Assembly (NCBI GenBank): GCA_016748015.1
Contig: JAAOMT010000299.1
Span: 595,090 to 659,089, forward strand
Reading direction: 5' to 3'
Source of the DNA: Geosiphon pyriformis uo1
Lineage: Eukaryota > Fungi > Glomeromycota
Length of the DNA stretch: 64,000 nucleotides
The notes below the pieces were generated by a model. The model was not told where the DNA came from. It searched no databases and saw only the letters and a program-made list of their open reading frames with translations. Shown here piece after piece: positions 1 to 13,400 of this stretch (positions are counted from its first letter, which is position 1; each line of letters opens with the position of its first letter). A program made the position numbers and the translations under genes.

Positions 1-329
1 AAAAATAATAATTTTTAAAAGCTTTAAATCTTAAATTTTAAATAAAACTGCTATATAATTGGCCAGTTTGGTTTTTAATAATAATAATTTAATTGTAATT
101 ATGTAAAAAATAGTTGTTTTAAATAAGTTTTTTTTTGTAAATTTATTAAATTTAGTTTTAACTAGTATTATCAAAAAATTTTATTTTTTAAATTGTTATT
201 AATATTATTTTGCAATTTTATTGTTGATAAAAATTAAAAAATATAAAAAACTTTTTTCTCTCGTTCATTCCAAATTTCCAAAAAAGAGCCAAAATAATTT
301 TTTGAGAGAAGTTTTTTCTGTTTTTCATC

Positions 330-2161
330 ATTCAGTACACTAATTCCAAACCATTTGTGCTTGATTATGAGGCCATCATTGGCTTTAGTATTGCAGTTTT
401 AAACAGGTCTATTATGGAGCCTAGCTTTAATATTGGTGTCAAGTTTGCTGAGTCCAGAAAGAAGAGAAAAGATAGTGCTTTGGAAGATAATATTGGTAAT
501 AAAAAATTTGCTGCTGCTAAGGTATTAAGTGGTCGTTCTTGGAATTCTGAAGCCAGTGATACTACTGAATCTGATAGTGTGAATATGGAGGAGAAATGTT
601 TAATTGAGGGAACCAGCTTTGATCATGAAGATGGTAGAGTCTTTGCTGGAGAAGACTCAGAGCAAACACCTAAAAGTTTGAAGATTCTCACAAAAAGGAC
701 ACTTAGGAAACTACTAAGAAAAATTAATTTCTTGGGTGATGTTATTGATAATGTACTTTTAAATGAACCTATGGTTCTTCCTCCCCTTTTGAAGACTCTG
801 GTCAATGTTTCTGTTAAGAAGTCTTTTACTTTGGACATCAGCTTGAATAATATTACTGGGAAATCTGCTCAGGAAAAGCTTGTGGTTGTCAGAAAATTGT
901 TTTCAAAAATCAATGGTTTTGGGGGAGCCTCTACCCCCTCAAAATTTGCTGGAATTGTCAGAGTAACATTCACTTCCAAATTGAGTTTGGCACTGGCATC
1001 TAAAAAGGCTGAAGAGGTGAAGATCTTGGTAAACTCCAATCTCAAAAAATCATCTGAGCATTCAGATCGGGCTGTGAGGCTGTATGTGCTGTGCTATCCG
1101 AGTTTGGCATTATTAAGTTGATCAAGATACAATTAGTGGGGCTATGACAAAAAGCTGTGGTTGAATTTGAGCAGATTAAGCATGCTAATTTGGTCACAGC
1201 ACACTGGTCTATCCTGATTGAGAAGAATGCTGTGCATATTGCTAGATCTGATGTGAACAAAGAATCATGGGATGTGTGAGATGTTTACAAGACCTTTTTG
1301 TATACTTTTCCAATGGGAACCAATACACATGATATTTGAGATTATGTTGCTTCAGTGGGTGGGAAAACTTGTATAATTGACTGTCACCCAGTTTCTTATG
1401 TCTGGGCCAGGTGCACTACTGTTTGTTTTGATTCTGCTGAATCATTGAATACTGTCATGGAAATCACACCTGTACTAAAGGGGGCCAATCTGTGCTGGTC
1501 TTGTCTTGTTTCAGCCAAGTGTGCTAGGTGTGGAAAATTGGGCCATACATCATTAGTTTGTTCTGTTAGTGGGAAAAAGAATGTTCTTTCTGGTGTTTTT
1601 TTACATAAAACCCTTTCAAACTTAGATAAAAGTAGACTGGCTGCCATTTACGTCAAGCATTTGGCTCCAGTTGCTTGTCCTGTTTCTTTTGGTGGCATCT
1701 TATGGGCACAAATTGCTGGTGGGTCTTCTTTCCTCCCTCCTTCTGTCCAAAATGTTTTGTTGAAAGCTGGCTTCTCTCCGGAGATGAAATCTACTCTGCT
1801 AGTGTCTTTGGAGTTGGATAATAGGTTTGCTGCTCTTGAGCACAGTCTTGTCAGCCTTGCAGAGCATGTTGACATGCTGGCTAAGAAGTTGGAAACACCT
1901 GAGCCAATGGTTTCTCAGCTTAGTCCTGGACGTCAGCCGTTGGTGACTTCTTTATCACAGAATCAAAGGGCAGATATAGTAATAAGTGAGAGTTCAGGTG
2001 TGGCCACTGGTGGTGAGACTGTTGTGGGAGTGGTGGTTTTTGATTCTGCAGTTATCTCAAAAATGGAGGAAACTTTGAATAGTCTTTTACTCATGGTTAT
2101 AAGTCTTTCAGCTAAATTGAACAATGCTGGTTCAGTTTCTACCCCTCTTTCTTCTCAATGA
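330..2161 (+). pseudogene. LINE-A ORF1 (RRM-like + CCHC knuckle + coiled coil), frameshifted with stops
   Basis: ORF pieces 357-1121 and 1355-2161; CARCGKLGHTSLVC knuckle; heptad segment LDNRFAALEHSLVSLAEHVDML. Confidence 0.85.
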
Positions 2162-5100
2162 GTAATATGATCTGGAGGGTTGCAACTTGTAATGTTAAAG
2201 GAATGAACAATCCTGCAAAACAAGATGACATTATTTGTTGGCATAAAGAAAAAGACAATTTAGTTTCTATCTTTACAGAATCAAAGTTAAAAGGAAAAGT
2301 TCGCTTTTGGATTGTCAACAAATTTGATAGTGTGCAGGTGTTTACCTCTGGTTTGGAATCTGGTAATCTAGATGCTGGTGTTGTGATTGTTATAAACTCT
2401 TCTTTGGCAAAACATGTGTGCAAGATTTCAGAAGTGCCTAGTTGGCTCCTGTCTATTAAGTTGCTTTTCAGAAACAAACTTTTAGTATCAATTTTGGGGA
2501 TTTATACTGGTGCCTCTTCAGTAGCTCAGTTTTCTTAGGCTAGCAATATCAATTTTCTTATTGCAAAGGCTGTCAATGAATTTTCTTTTGTCATTCTCAG
2601 AGGGGACTTTAATAAGAACAGTTCTCGTAAGTGTGCAAGCTTCAAGAAATGCTTGGATTTTGGTTTGGTCAATGTCTTGGATAGAAGCTCTAGTGGAAAG
2701 TTGCCAACTTGGTCTAATTTTCAGGACGTAGTTAAAACAATTGATTATGTGCTCATTTCTTCAAACTTGATCAATACAGTGGTGAGTTGTGGTGTGTTTG
2801 GAGTTGAGGATTATTTTGATACTAATTATCAGACAGTTTCAGTATTGGTGGGTTTGGGTGGTCTGCTCAATGTTCGATTAAATTCTGTTTGCAAGCAGGC
2901 AAATAAGAATTGTTGGAAGTACAACTGCAAAGGTGCAAATGCTATTAAGTGGGCCAAGTTTAAGGATGATATAGTGGCAAATTCAGATATGCTTTATAAT
3001 GAGTTTCTTGCAACCAAAATGTGCTTGGATTTGGATGTGATGTGAACTGCTCTCCATAAAGTATTGTGTCTGTTGGCTGAGACAGTTTTTAAGAAGAAAT
3101 AGTTCAAGAACTATGATCATGTTTTTGTTAAGAAGTCATCCAAGTTTCACAAGCTAGAGCTTTTAATGTTAAAGCTGATTAAGGCGTCTCACTTGGATTT
3201 TTTTGGAGAATTTACATTCTTACTTGATAAGTGGGAGAGTTTGGATTCAGTTAATACATCTGTGGTGAAATTTCTTTTTTTGTTAGGTTCCTTTTTTAAT
3301 GCCATTTGGTCAGCTTTGTCCAAGGTTAGAAAGTTATATTGCTCCTCTAAAATATTGGAAGCAGAACGTATTAGAGAATCTAGAATCAGATCAGTGATAG
3401 ATAAGAAGATGGAAAGTTTCAAATTGAACAAAGGTCATACTATTAGGAGTGTACTGGAGCATCTCTTTTGCAAAGTGACTTTAGACCATTTGGTCATGGA
3501 TAATAAATTGGTTTTGGAACCTGATCTTGTTAGAACCAAAGTGGATGTAATCATGGAAGGATAGACTAGAAAGCACAACATGGTTTCTGATGTCCCTAAT
3601 GTGTGGCATTGCCAATATCAGCTTTTGGAATATGTTTTTGATGAAGCTTTTCCTGGTGTGATATGCTCAATTACTTTTGATGAGATGTCTGATGTCATCT
3701 CAAATCTGCCTGATGAAAAAGCAGCTGGTCTCTCTGGTATATCAAATGAGTTATGGAAGCATTATAACAGATCAGTTTTGGATATGCTGTTGGTTCTTTT
3801 GAATTTTTGCTTGAACTGTGAATCTGTTTCCAGGCCTTGGAAGAAGGCCTGGATGTCGATGATCCCCAAACCATATGAGTGGGAAGACGTTTTCATGAAC
3901 ACCTATCCTATTGCATTGATTAAAATGGCTCATAAAATTCTTTCCAAGATTCTTTCAGACAGGATTTTTGTTGTATGCAGTAGATTTAACGTACTCAGAG
4001 GAGATAATTTTTCTATTTTAAAAGGTACAACCACACAGTCTCCTATTTTTGCTATTGAATTAGTTGTTGAGAATGCTTTGGAAAAGAACTGTGAACTGTG
4101 GCTGGTCTTGTAAAACATGCGAAAGGCTTATGATTCTGTTGACTGGGAGCATCTGAAAGTGAGTTTGGTTAGAATAAAGATGTGTGACAGGTTTATTCAG
4201 TTTTTTGGTGGCATCCACAATGGTCGGGTCAACAGAGTTATAACAGATTTTGGGTTGACTAATGAGTATCAGATGCATGATGGTTTAGACCAAGGAGAGA
4301 TGTTTTCACCTCTTTTTTGGTACATATTTTATGATCCTCTTTTGTGTAAGGTCAAAAGACAAGAAAGTGTGTGTGAATACAGGTTGGACTCTTGCTTTGT
4401 GACCAGAACTGGTTGCTCTGAATCTTGAGCTGGTTTGATTTCTTTTCTCGCTGTTGGTGCCTTTGTCAATGACACAATTTGGGTTGGTAGCAACCAGACT
4501 ACTACGCAACATATTTTCAATATAGCTAACAAATTTTTTCAGATCAATGACATTTCAATCAATAATGATAAAATGGTGGTCATTCCTATTAATTGCAAAG
4601 TTTTTGACCCTTGTTTGCTGATCAGTGGTCTGCCTATTTTGATAGCCAAGAAGAGGGAGCCTTATTAGTACCTGAGAATTTTTTTGTCTACTGAGAGTTT
4701 GTCAAAGCCTAGCTTGGCTAGAGCTCAATTGAATGTCTGGTTTTTCACCAATCTCATGCTGAAAAAAACTATCTCTGACAAACAGTTCTCATATTTGGTG
4801 TTGGTGGTTTTTTATTCTATTGTTGCTTATAGGACTCAGTTCAGTTTTGTTTCTCTTAATGTGTGCATAAAATAGGACACTATAATTTCCAAGAGTTTAA
4901 AATCCAAATCTGGCTTGCCACTTGACTTTTCCAATAATGCAATTCACCACCTCTTTTTGTATGGTTTGAAATCTTTTGAGCAGGTTTAGGCTGAAAGCAA
5001 ATCAGCTTCTGTTATCAGTTTTGCCAATTCTGTTGGTATTCTGGGCCATTTGTTTGCACATAAATCACATGACTTGCAAGTTCTCAGCTGGCACTCTCAT

Positions 5101-6846
5101 CATCTTTTGTTTTACTCTTCTTGTATTAATATCAATCCTTTGGATAATTTTTTGGCTGGCATAGTTCAGATTTTTTTGGAATGTGACCTATTTTTGGATG
5201 GTCTTATGACCAATGCTTTTTATTTTCAAAATGGAACTCCTATGTCTGATGTTCTTGGTGAGCCTACCTTTTATAAATGTGTCTCTTTACTTTGGCATTA
5301 TGGAATTGCCTTTGTTGAACAGCTTCACAATCATACTGGTTCTGTTTTTGAATGGAAGACTTTCAAGTAGTAAAAAAGATTGGATCCTCGGGGCCCAATT
5401 CCTTATTGGTTTGATGTTTCTGTTCACTTTCTGAATGATTTTGGGCCATCTTCTGTTTGTAATCTTCTGTTGCCAGAAGTTGGTTTGTCTAGTGTTCTTG
5501 AGTCTTGTGAATTTGAGGTTGTGTGTAGTCATTTGTTGGAGGTTGATTTTGATCGTTTTTTTTTGTTTATGGATGGTTTTCTAAATGAGCTGGGTACTCT
5601 TGGTATGAAAGCTGGTGCTGTGGTTTTTTTTGAAAACATTAATTTGAGTTTGGGTGTGAGAGTGTCTGAATTGGTCTCTTCTACTATGGTGGAGTTGCAA
5701 GCCATAGCTCTGGCTCTTGAGTGTGTTCTTTCTTCTTATTCAATCAACTTGTTCTCAGACAGCCAGGCTGCTTTGGATGCATGCAAATCAGAATCAAGAT
5801 TGATTTGTTCAGATTTCAGGAATCAGTGTTGGATTAAGCATCACCACATTGCTAATGTCATACATCAAAAAAATTTGGATATTAATTGGGTTAAAGTTAA
5901 AGATTACTCTGGTGTGTTGGACAATGAACAGGTTGATGCTTTTACTGGAGCTACTGTGTTATCTAATTTGCATCTTTCTCACATGATCAATGAACATTTT
6001 CTTAGGGCTGGTGGTACTGCAGTGTCTGGTAATTCTAGACATTTTGTTCATAGTGTCTTCTGATCAGTTCACCATGCATGCTGGGAGGTTGGTTCTGGTT
6101 TCTAGGTCTTGATAGATAGTCTGCATACTGATGTTGATTGGTTCAGGTCTTCTTTGGTGTGGCATCTGGACTTGTATTTGGCTGCTGGCTTCACTAATAC
6201 TCATACTGCTGGCCTTTGGATGTATTTTATGAAAGCATTACATTATCATCTTCTGGTTGCTGTGCGTAAGTGTCTTTATAATAAGAGTTATTCCAATGTG
6301 ATATGTTTATTCTGTGGTAACATTGAGATCTTAGACCATGTGTTTTCATGCCCGTTTGATGCTGTTGGTCATGTTCGATTGGTGGAAGTTCATGCGTTTG
6401 TTTGGGAAACGCGTTCGGGGTTGTCTTGCTCTTTTTTGTGTGTTTTGTGGCTACTTTCTGATTGCATCTCTAATGTTGTTGTTGGTGCAGCTCTGTGTAA
6501 GGACTTTGTTTTCAATGAGTAATATTGTGAATTTGTCACTGTTTTTAAAGACTCTAAGATTGCGGCCCAGAATATTGTGGCCTTTGTGCATGAGTTTTGT
6601 CTTATATTTCATAATAATATTTGGCTGGTACATACTAAATACCAGACTGTTATGGAAAAGAGTGACATAATCTTGCATAATGATTCTGTTTCTGTCTTGG
6701 TCTCTGGTCTTCCTTTGGTGTTCTTGGCCAGTGTGGTTAGGTTGTTGGGTATTGTGGATGTATTTGGTATGGGTTTTGGGTTTTGTAAGTCTTGTTTATT
6801 TTTTACAGGTATCAGTGACGTGGTCTCAGTACATATAAGTGCTTAA
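2158..6846 (+). pseudogene. LINE-A ORF2: APE endonuclease, reverse transcriptase, RNase H, C-terminal CCHC
   Basis: ATCNVKG/GDFN/IDY endonuclease motifs; KAYDSVDW, GLDQG, FVNDTIW RT motifs; MDG..ELQAI..SDSQAAL RNase H; CLFCG..DHVFSC; ATG overlaps ORF1 stop (ATGA 2158-2161). Confidence 0.93.
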
Positions 6847-6962
6847 TGTTGTCCTAACTAGTCTGAGTGGCTGGTTACATATAGGAAATGCATAATTTAC
6901 ACCTAGTTTAAATCAGTTGTATGATGTATTGTACTAGGCTGTGTTTGGATCTCACTCGTTAA
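6847..6962 (+). other. Conserved structured 3' UTR RNA element of LINE-A (copy 1)
   Basis: Same helices and loop-tail complementarity in three diverged copies (6847-6962, 8022-8137, 15134-15251). Confidence 0.7.
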
Positions 6963-7549
6963 ATTGTAATAAAAAAAAAAAATTAATAAATTTCTAATAA
7001 GTTAATTTATTTTCAAAATATTTTTTTATATTTTAAATTATTATTATTATTATTATTATTATTGGATTTATAATAAAATAATCAATTTTGTATTAATTAT
7101 AAAAAATTAAAATAAAAAAAAATATAAAAAGAATTGTTTTTTGTTTAAGCTTAAGTAATTACTAAAATTAATAACTAATTAATTTTAGAATATTAATTGG
7201 AATTTTTGAGTTTTAAAAGTAGATTTTATTTTGTTTGATTTATAATAATTAATTAATAGCTAAAAAAATGATTTTAAATCAAGATAATTCTAATAAAAAT
7301 ATTTTTTTTATATAATTTGTTATAATATTATTTTATAATTTTGTATTTTTTTCTTTGTTAATTTTTTGGCAAACAAAATATATTTTAACAAATTATAAAT
7401 TATTTTTATATTAATTATTTTAATAAATTTAAATATTTTATCAAATTTTTAAATTTTTTTTAAATGTTATATAATTTAAAATATTATATAATCTAATTAT
7501 TACAATTAGTTATACTTGTATATTATACAAATTAAATTATTGACTTAAT

Positions 7550-8152
7550 TTTGGATGCCATCAAGGATTGAACAATTTTGTTGGATGCATGTACCACCTG
7601 TGGTGTGGTAATTTACTTGTTTCATAAGGCTGTGGGCTTGGATTATCTGTACATGTATTTGTCCAAAGATTTCATGTTGAAGGACTGGATAGCTAAAGCA
7701 AAAGATTTATTGGGGAATGATTCAAAGAGTGAATCTTTGGTCGTTGATCTGGTTTGCCATTTTGCTGAGAGTTATAGGTCTAGTGTCTGGCTGCCAAGGG
7801 CCAAACTAAGAGCCCATTATAAGAAACATGGCCTTTTACCATGTGATGGATCTATTGTCTCATTAGTGACTGGTTTGTCTTTAGTTTGGTCTTGTGGCAT
7901 GATTCATAATTTTGGCATCAGGCTGGATATACATGCATGTTTCAGTTTCCATCCTTAATTACATAGTGTGTGGTTTGGTTTTTTATGTGATTTCTTTATG
8001 ACAAATGTTCTTGGTATGTAGTGTTGCCTTAACTGGCTTGAGTGGCTGGTCACATGTAGAAAATGCATGAGCCACACTTAATATAGAACCTGTTTGGTTT
8101 TATGTAATTAGGTAGTGGTTGGGCTGCACTCATTAAACTTAATAAAAAAAAA
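7550..8152 (+). mobile_element. 5'-truncated LINE-A-related fragment (ORF2 C-terminus, 3' UTR, poly(A))
   Basis: ORF 7578-7958 aligns with ORF2 C-termini (KDF..W..A / VWL.RAK.RA..KK.GL.P.DGS); same 3' UTR motif; AATAAAAAAAAAA at ~8141-8152. Confidence 0.85.
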
Positions 8153-8610
8153 ATTATTATTAATTAAATAGTAATATTTAATAATTTGATAATATAATAA
8201 GCAATAAATTGAATAAAATATATACTAATTAATAACTCAATTTTTATTGGTAATACTGAATTAAATAATTAGTTTATACAAAAAATACATAAATATATAC
8301 TTAATTTAAAGTTTATTATAACTTTATTATATTAAATAATAGTTGGATTTTATTTATTAAAGTAAAAATATATATTTAATGTATTTAATAATAATAAATT
8401 AATAATTAAAAATATTTGTTATAATTAAAATTTTAAGTTTATTAAAAACAAAAACCATGTTTAATATTTTGTTTATATTACAAATTTTACTATTTAAAAT
8501 GTATTTTGTTTTAAAAATTAAAAATATTAAAGAAAAAAACTTCTTTCTCTCCTTTGTCCAAAATTCCCAAAAAAGAGTGTTATAAGTTTTTTTGAAAGAA
8601 GTTTTTAATT

Positions 8611-10481
8611 ATTCAGTATGACAAATCCAAACCATTTTTTGATTTCGAGGCCACCGTTGGCCTTACTATTGCTGTCATGAAGGAGGTTGCAAAAAATTCT
8701 AATGCTGATAGTGGTTTTAGACCTGTCCTGTTGAGAAAAAAAAGAAAGGGTGGAGTTTTGGCTAAAAATGTTTTGGTAGGAAGAGGTGTTATTGAAACAA
8801 CTGGTAATTATTCACAGATTTCTGAGACTAGTGACACTACTGAGTCTGAGAGTATTGACATGGAAGAAGAGTGTCTTGTTGAAGAGACCAGTATCAATTA
8901 TGGAGAGAGGAATGCTTTTGATAGTGGGAACCCCAACCAAACACCAAAAAGCTCAGGTCTCAAAATTAAGACCAAAAAAGTATTGGGCAAACCACTGGAC
9001 AAAATCAACTTTGAAGATGGCTTTGATGATGATGACTTTCTGGATGAGTCTGCTCTTCTTCCATCTCCTCTTTCATTTAAACCTTTAGTTCAGGTTTCTG
9101 TTCGCAAATTTTTTGCTTTGGATATCGATCTTGTGGCCATTGCTGGGAAATCCTCTCAGGAAAAATCAAATTTTATCAAAAAAATTTTTTCAAGTGTGAA
9201 TGGTTTTGGGGTGGCCTCTACCCCCTCAAAATTTGGTGGTATTATTCATGTGACTTTTACTTCTGAAAAGGCAATGATGGCTACAGCAAATTTGGCAAAT
9301 GAGTGTGGTGTTGTAGTAAACACTGATCTCAAGTACTCTGGCTACAATCGTACGAATCGGGCAATTGTGCTAAAAGAGATTTCTGTAGGAACTTTTATTG
9401 AGGCTGTGTGTGCTGCTGTATCCAAATTTGGAATAATTAAGTCGATCAAAATGCAACTGGTGGGTTTGTGGCAAAAGACATTCATTGAATTAGAGGATCA
9501 GAATTAGGCTGATCTCTTGGCATCTATGTGGTCTATCCTCATTGAGAAAGATGCAGTTCGTGTGGCCAGAGCTGATATTGACAAACAAACATGAGACTCC
9601 AGAGACAGATTCAGGACATTACTCTACACTCTTCTTGTAGGGATGAATGCACATGATTTGTGAGATTTTCTTGTTTCAATTGGTGGAAAAACATGCATCA
9701 TCAACCATAATTCTGTCAACTACACTTGTGCATGCTGTGTCACTGTGTGTTTTGACTCTAAAGAAGATATGAACCAGACTGTAGCTGTCATGTTAGTTAT
9801 AAAGGGTGTTGGTTTCTACTGGTCATGTTTGTCTTCTTCTGTGTGTTCTGCTTGTGATTCTTTTGGCCATAATTCTTTGTTTTGTAAATCAATTGGAGTC
9901 TCTTCTATTTCCAAGAGCAAAAAGGCTCCTCTCTCAGTTTATGATTGATTTAAATTGGTGAAAATTTATGAAAAAAATCAGCACTTATCTCCCACTCTTT
10001 GGCTTTTGGTGGAAAAACTTGGGCATTGGTGGCTGGCTCTTCTCCTTTAGGTGGTTCTCTTGGATACAATTCTCAACTTGGTTCTTTAAGAAATAGTAAA
10101 CCTCTCTCTTCTGTGGTGAATAATTTAGAATCACGTCTAGTTAATATTGAAAGCAGTTTTGTTAGCCTCATAGAACAAATTAGTGAGTTGGCTAAGAAGT
10201 TGGAGTCATTCGTGCTGGTGGTTTCTCAGCTTAGTCCTGGATGTCAGCTGCCGGTAACCCCCCCATCACAAAATCAAGGGGAGGATATAGTAATGGAAGT
10301 GGGTTCGAGTGAAACCACTAGTGGCAAAACTGCTGCCGTTTCAGGTTCAAATGTCTCACCTAAGGTTGTAAAACTGGAAAACATGTTGGAAGATCTCTCT
10401 GTTTTAGTCATGAGCCTCTCAGTGTGCTTGGATGGTTTGGCTTTGGCAGGTGGTACTCTTTCTCTACCTCTTTTTCAATAA
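8611..10481 (+). pseudogene. LINE-A copy 2 ORF1
   Basis: ORFs 8677-9507, 9745-9948, 9999-10481; homologous to copy 1 (DTTESESIDMEEECL, STPSKFGGII, CSACDSFGHNSLFC). Confidence 0.88.
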
Positions 10482-13400
10482 GTAGTCTGGTGTGAAAAAT
10501 TGCAATGTGTAATGTTCATGGGCTGAACAATCCTGCAAAGCAGAATGATGTCATTCATTGGCACAAGGATATGAACAATTTGGTTTTTATTTTTACAAAG
10601 TCAAAACTTAAAGGGAGAGTTCACCCATGGTTGGCTGACAAATTTGATGGTGTTCGGGTTTTTACTTCTGGTCTGGATTCTGGTTCTCTGGGTGCTGGTG
10701 TGATGATTGTTGTGAATTCTTCTTTGGCTAAATACGTTTGTAAGGTCTCTGAGGTGCCTGGTTGGCTCCTATCCATTAGGTTGCTTTTTAAGAATAAATT
10801 TTCAGTGTCTATTTTGGGGCTCTATGCTGGTGCTTCATTGGTGGTTTGGTTTTTTCAGGCTGGTAAGATCAACTCTCTTATTGCTAAGGCCATTAATGAG
10901 TCTTTTTTTGTTATTCTTGGTGGTGATTTTAATGAAGATGGTTCTTGGAAGTGTATAAGTTTTAAAAAGTGCCTTGAGTTGGGATTGGTTAACTCTTTGA
11001 TTGGAAGCCTGGCCGTTAGGTTGCCCACTTGGGCAAACTCTAAAGGTGTTATGAAGACTATTAATTATGTGTTTGTTTCACCAAATCTGGTCAATTTTTT
11101 GGTACATTATGGTGTTTCAGATGTTGGTAATTATTTTAATACAGACCACCAAGCTGTGTCTATATTTATGGGTCTGGGTGGTTTGCTGAATACACATTTG
11201 TTTTCTCTTCGCAAGCAGGTGAATAAAAATTGTTGGAAATTTGATGTCAAAAATGCCAGTGAGGCTAAATGGCTTGAGTTTAAAGATGCTATGGCTGCTA
11301 ACACTACTATGTTTTCAGATGCATTTAGTGATGCTGTGAAATTTTCTGATCTTGACACTATGTGGGATATCATTTGCAAGATTATGATTCTTTCAGCTGG
11401 TGGTACTTTCAAAAAAAGATGGTTCAAGAGTTTTGATACAGTTCACAATAGGATATCATCTAAGTTTCACAAGCTGGAGCTGTTGGTTTCCAAGTTGGTA
11501 AAGGCTTTTTGTTTAAGTTCTAGTATTAGTTTTGCTTCACTTTTGGTTACATGAGACAACCTTGACTCTGCTGGTGCATCGTCAGTGAAATCTATGTTCT
11601 ATTCTGGTGTTAAATTTGATGACATTTATTCTGCTCTGGCCAAAGCAAAGAGGTTATACTGCTCTTTAAAATTGCTGAAGTCTAAACACGCTGAGAAATC
11701 TCACATTAGGCAGACTATTAACAATAAGATAAAAAGTTTTGAACTAGATAAGAGTCATACAATCAGAAGTGTGTTGGAGCATCCCTTTCGTAAGATGGTT
11801 TTGGACCATCTGGTCATGAATAATGAGTTGGTTCTTAAACCTGATTTGGTGAAGTCCAAGATAAATGCTATTATGAAAGGATGGACCAGGAAACGTATGG
11901 TAGTTGATAATATCTCTGATACTTGGTCTTGTCAATACAGACCTTTGAACTACATTTTTGATGATGCTTTTTCTGGGGTAATAAGTGAGATTGATGTTGA
12001 TGAGTTGCATTGTGTGGTTTCCAGTCTGCCTGACAGGAAAGCTGTTGGTCTCTCGGGTATCTCTAATGAGCTTTGGAAACATTGTGATAAATTGGTTTTG
12101 GGTTTGCTTTTGGTTCTTTTGAATTCTTGTTTGTCTTGTGAGTTGGTGCCTGGCCCTTGGAAAGAGGCTTAGGTTTCAATGATTCCCAAACTTTATGAGT
12201 AGAAGGATATTCTCACGAATACTTGTCCTATTGTCTTAATTGAAACAGCTTGCAAGATTCTTTCTAAGATTCTTTCAGATAGGATCTCACTGGCTTGCAG
12301 CTCCTATAATGTTCTGCATGATAACAATTTTTCAGTTTTAAAAGGTACAACAACTCAGTCTCTTATTTTTGCAGTTGGCTCAGTAATCAAGGATGCTTTG
12401 AAAAAGAACCGAAAACTCTGGCTTGTTCTGTAGGACATGCAGAAGGCATATAATTTAGTTGGCTGGGAGCATCTTGAAAGAAGTTTGGTCAGTATCAAAA
12501 TGTGTAGTAAATTTGTTCACTTTTTTGGTAGTATTTATAAGGACCAAACCAATTATGTTATGACAAATTTTGGTTTAACTAATAGTTACCAGGTTTTTGA
12601 TGGGTTGGATCAAGAGGAAGTTTTTTCTCCTCTGCTGTAATGCATATTTTATGATTCTCTTTTGTGTAAAGTCAAGTGTCAAGAAAGTGTGTGTGGTTAT
12701 AGGCTCAATTCTTATTTTGTTTCTAGAAGTGGTTGCACTGAGTCTCAGGCTGGGCTTTCTTTTTTCTTCACTGCTGGTGCTTTTGTTGATGATACTATTT
12801 GGGTTGGTGGCAGTTAGGCTGCTACTCAGTATATTCTCAACATTGCTAGTGAATTTTTTAGAGTCAATAACATTTCAATTAATAATGACAAAACTGTGGC
12901 CATTCCAATCAATTGCAGGGTCAGTGTTCTGTCTCTTTTTATTAGTGGTTCGCCTATTTCAGTTGTCTGTAGAGGGGAATTTCATCAGTATCTCAGTATT
13001 TTTTTGTCGACTGAGGGTCTTTCAAAGCCTAACTTGGCTAAGGCATATTCAAATATTCATTTCTTTACTAATTTGGTTCTGAGAAAGGTGGTTTCAGATA
13101 AGCAATTCTTGTATCTGGTGTCAGCAGTTCTCCATCCCATAATCAGCTAAAGAATGCAGTTTGGCTATATTCCTGTTGGTGTGTGCAATAAATGGAATGT
13201 TCTGATTTGCAGAGGCTTGAAGCTAAAAGCTGGTCTCCTACTGGATTTTTCTAGTGATACTATTCACCATCCTTTCTTTTATGATTTAAAGTTGTTTTCA
13301 CAGTGTTAATCTGAGAGTAAAGTGGCTTTGCTTATTAGTTTTGTGAACTCTGGTGGGATTTTGGGACATCTGTTCAGTCACAAGTCACATAATTTACAAA

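Larger units (their letters stand above)
245..6982 (+). mobile_element. Full-length decayed non-LTR retrotransposon (LINE-A copy 1; ORF1 + APE-RT-RNaseH-CCHC ORF2)
   Basis: 5' AAAAAACTTTTTTCTCTC shared with the other LINE starts; two ORFs; AATAAA plus poly(A) at ~6968-6982; collinear with 8534-15266. Confidence 0.93.

Noticed and set aside
8618-8680. uORF whose TGA overlaps the ORF1 ATG in LINE-A copy 2
   Set aside because: Its ATG is absent in copy 1 (TACA versus TATG), consistent with CpG decay of TACG
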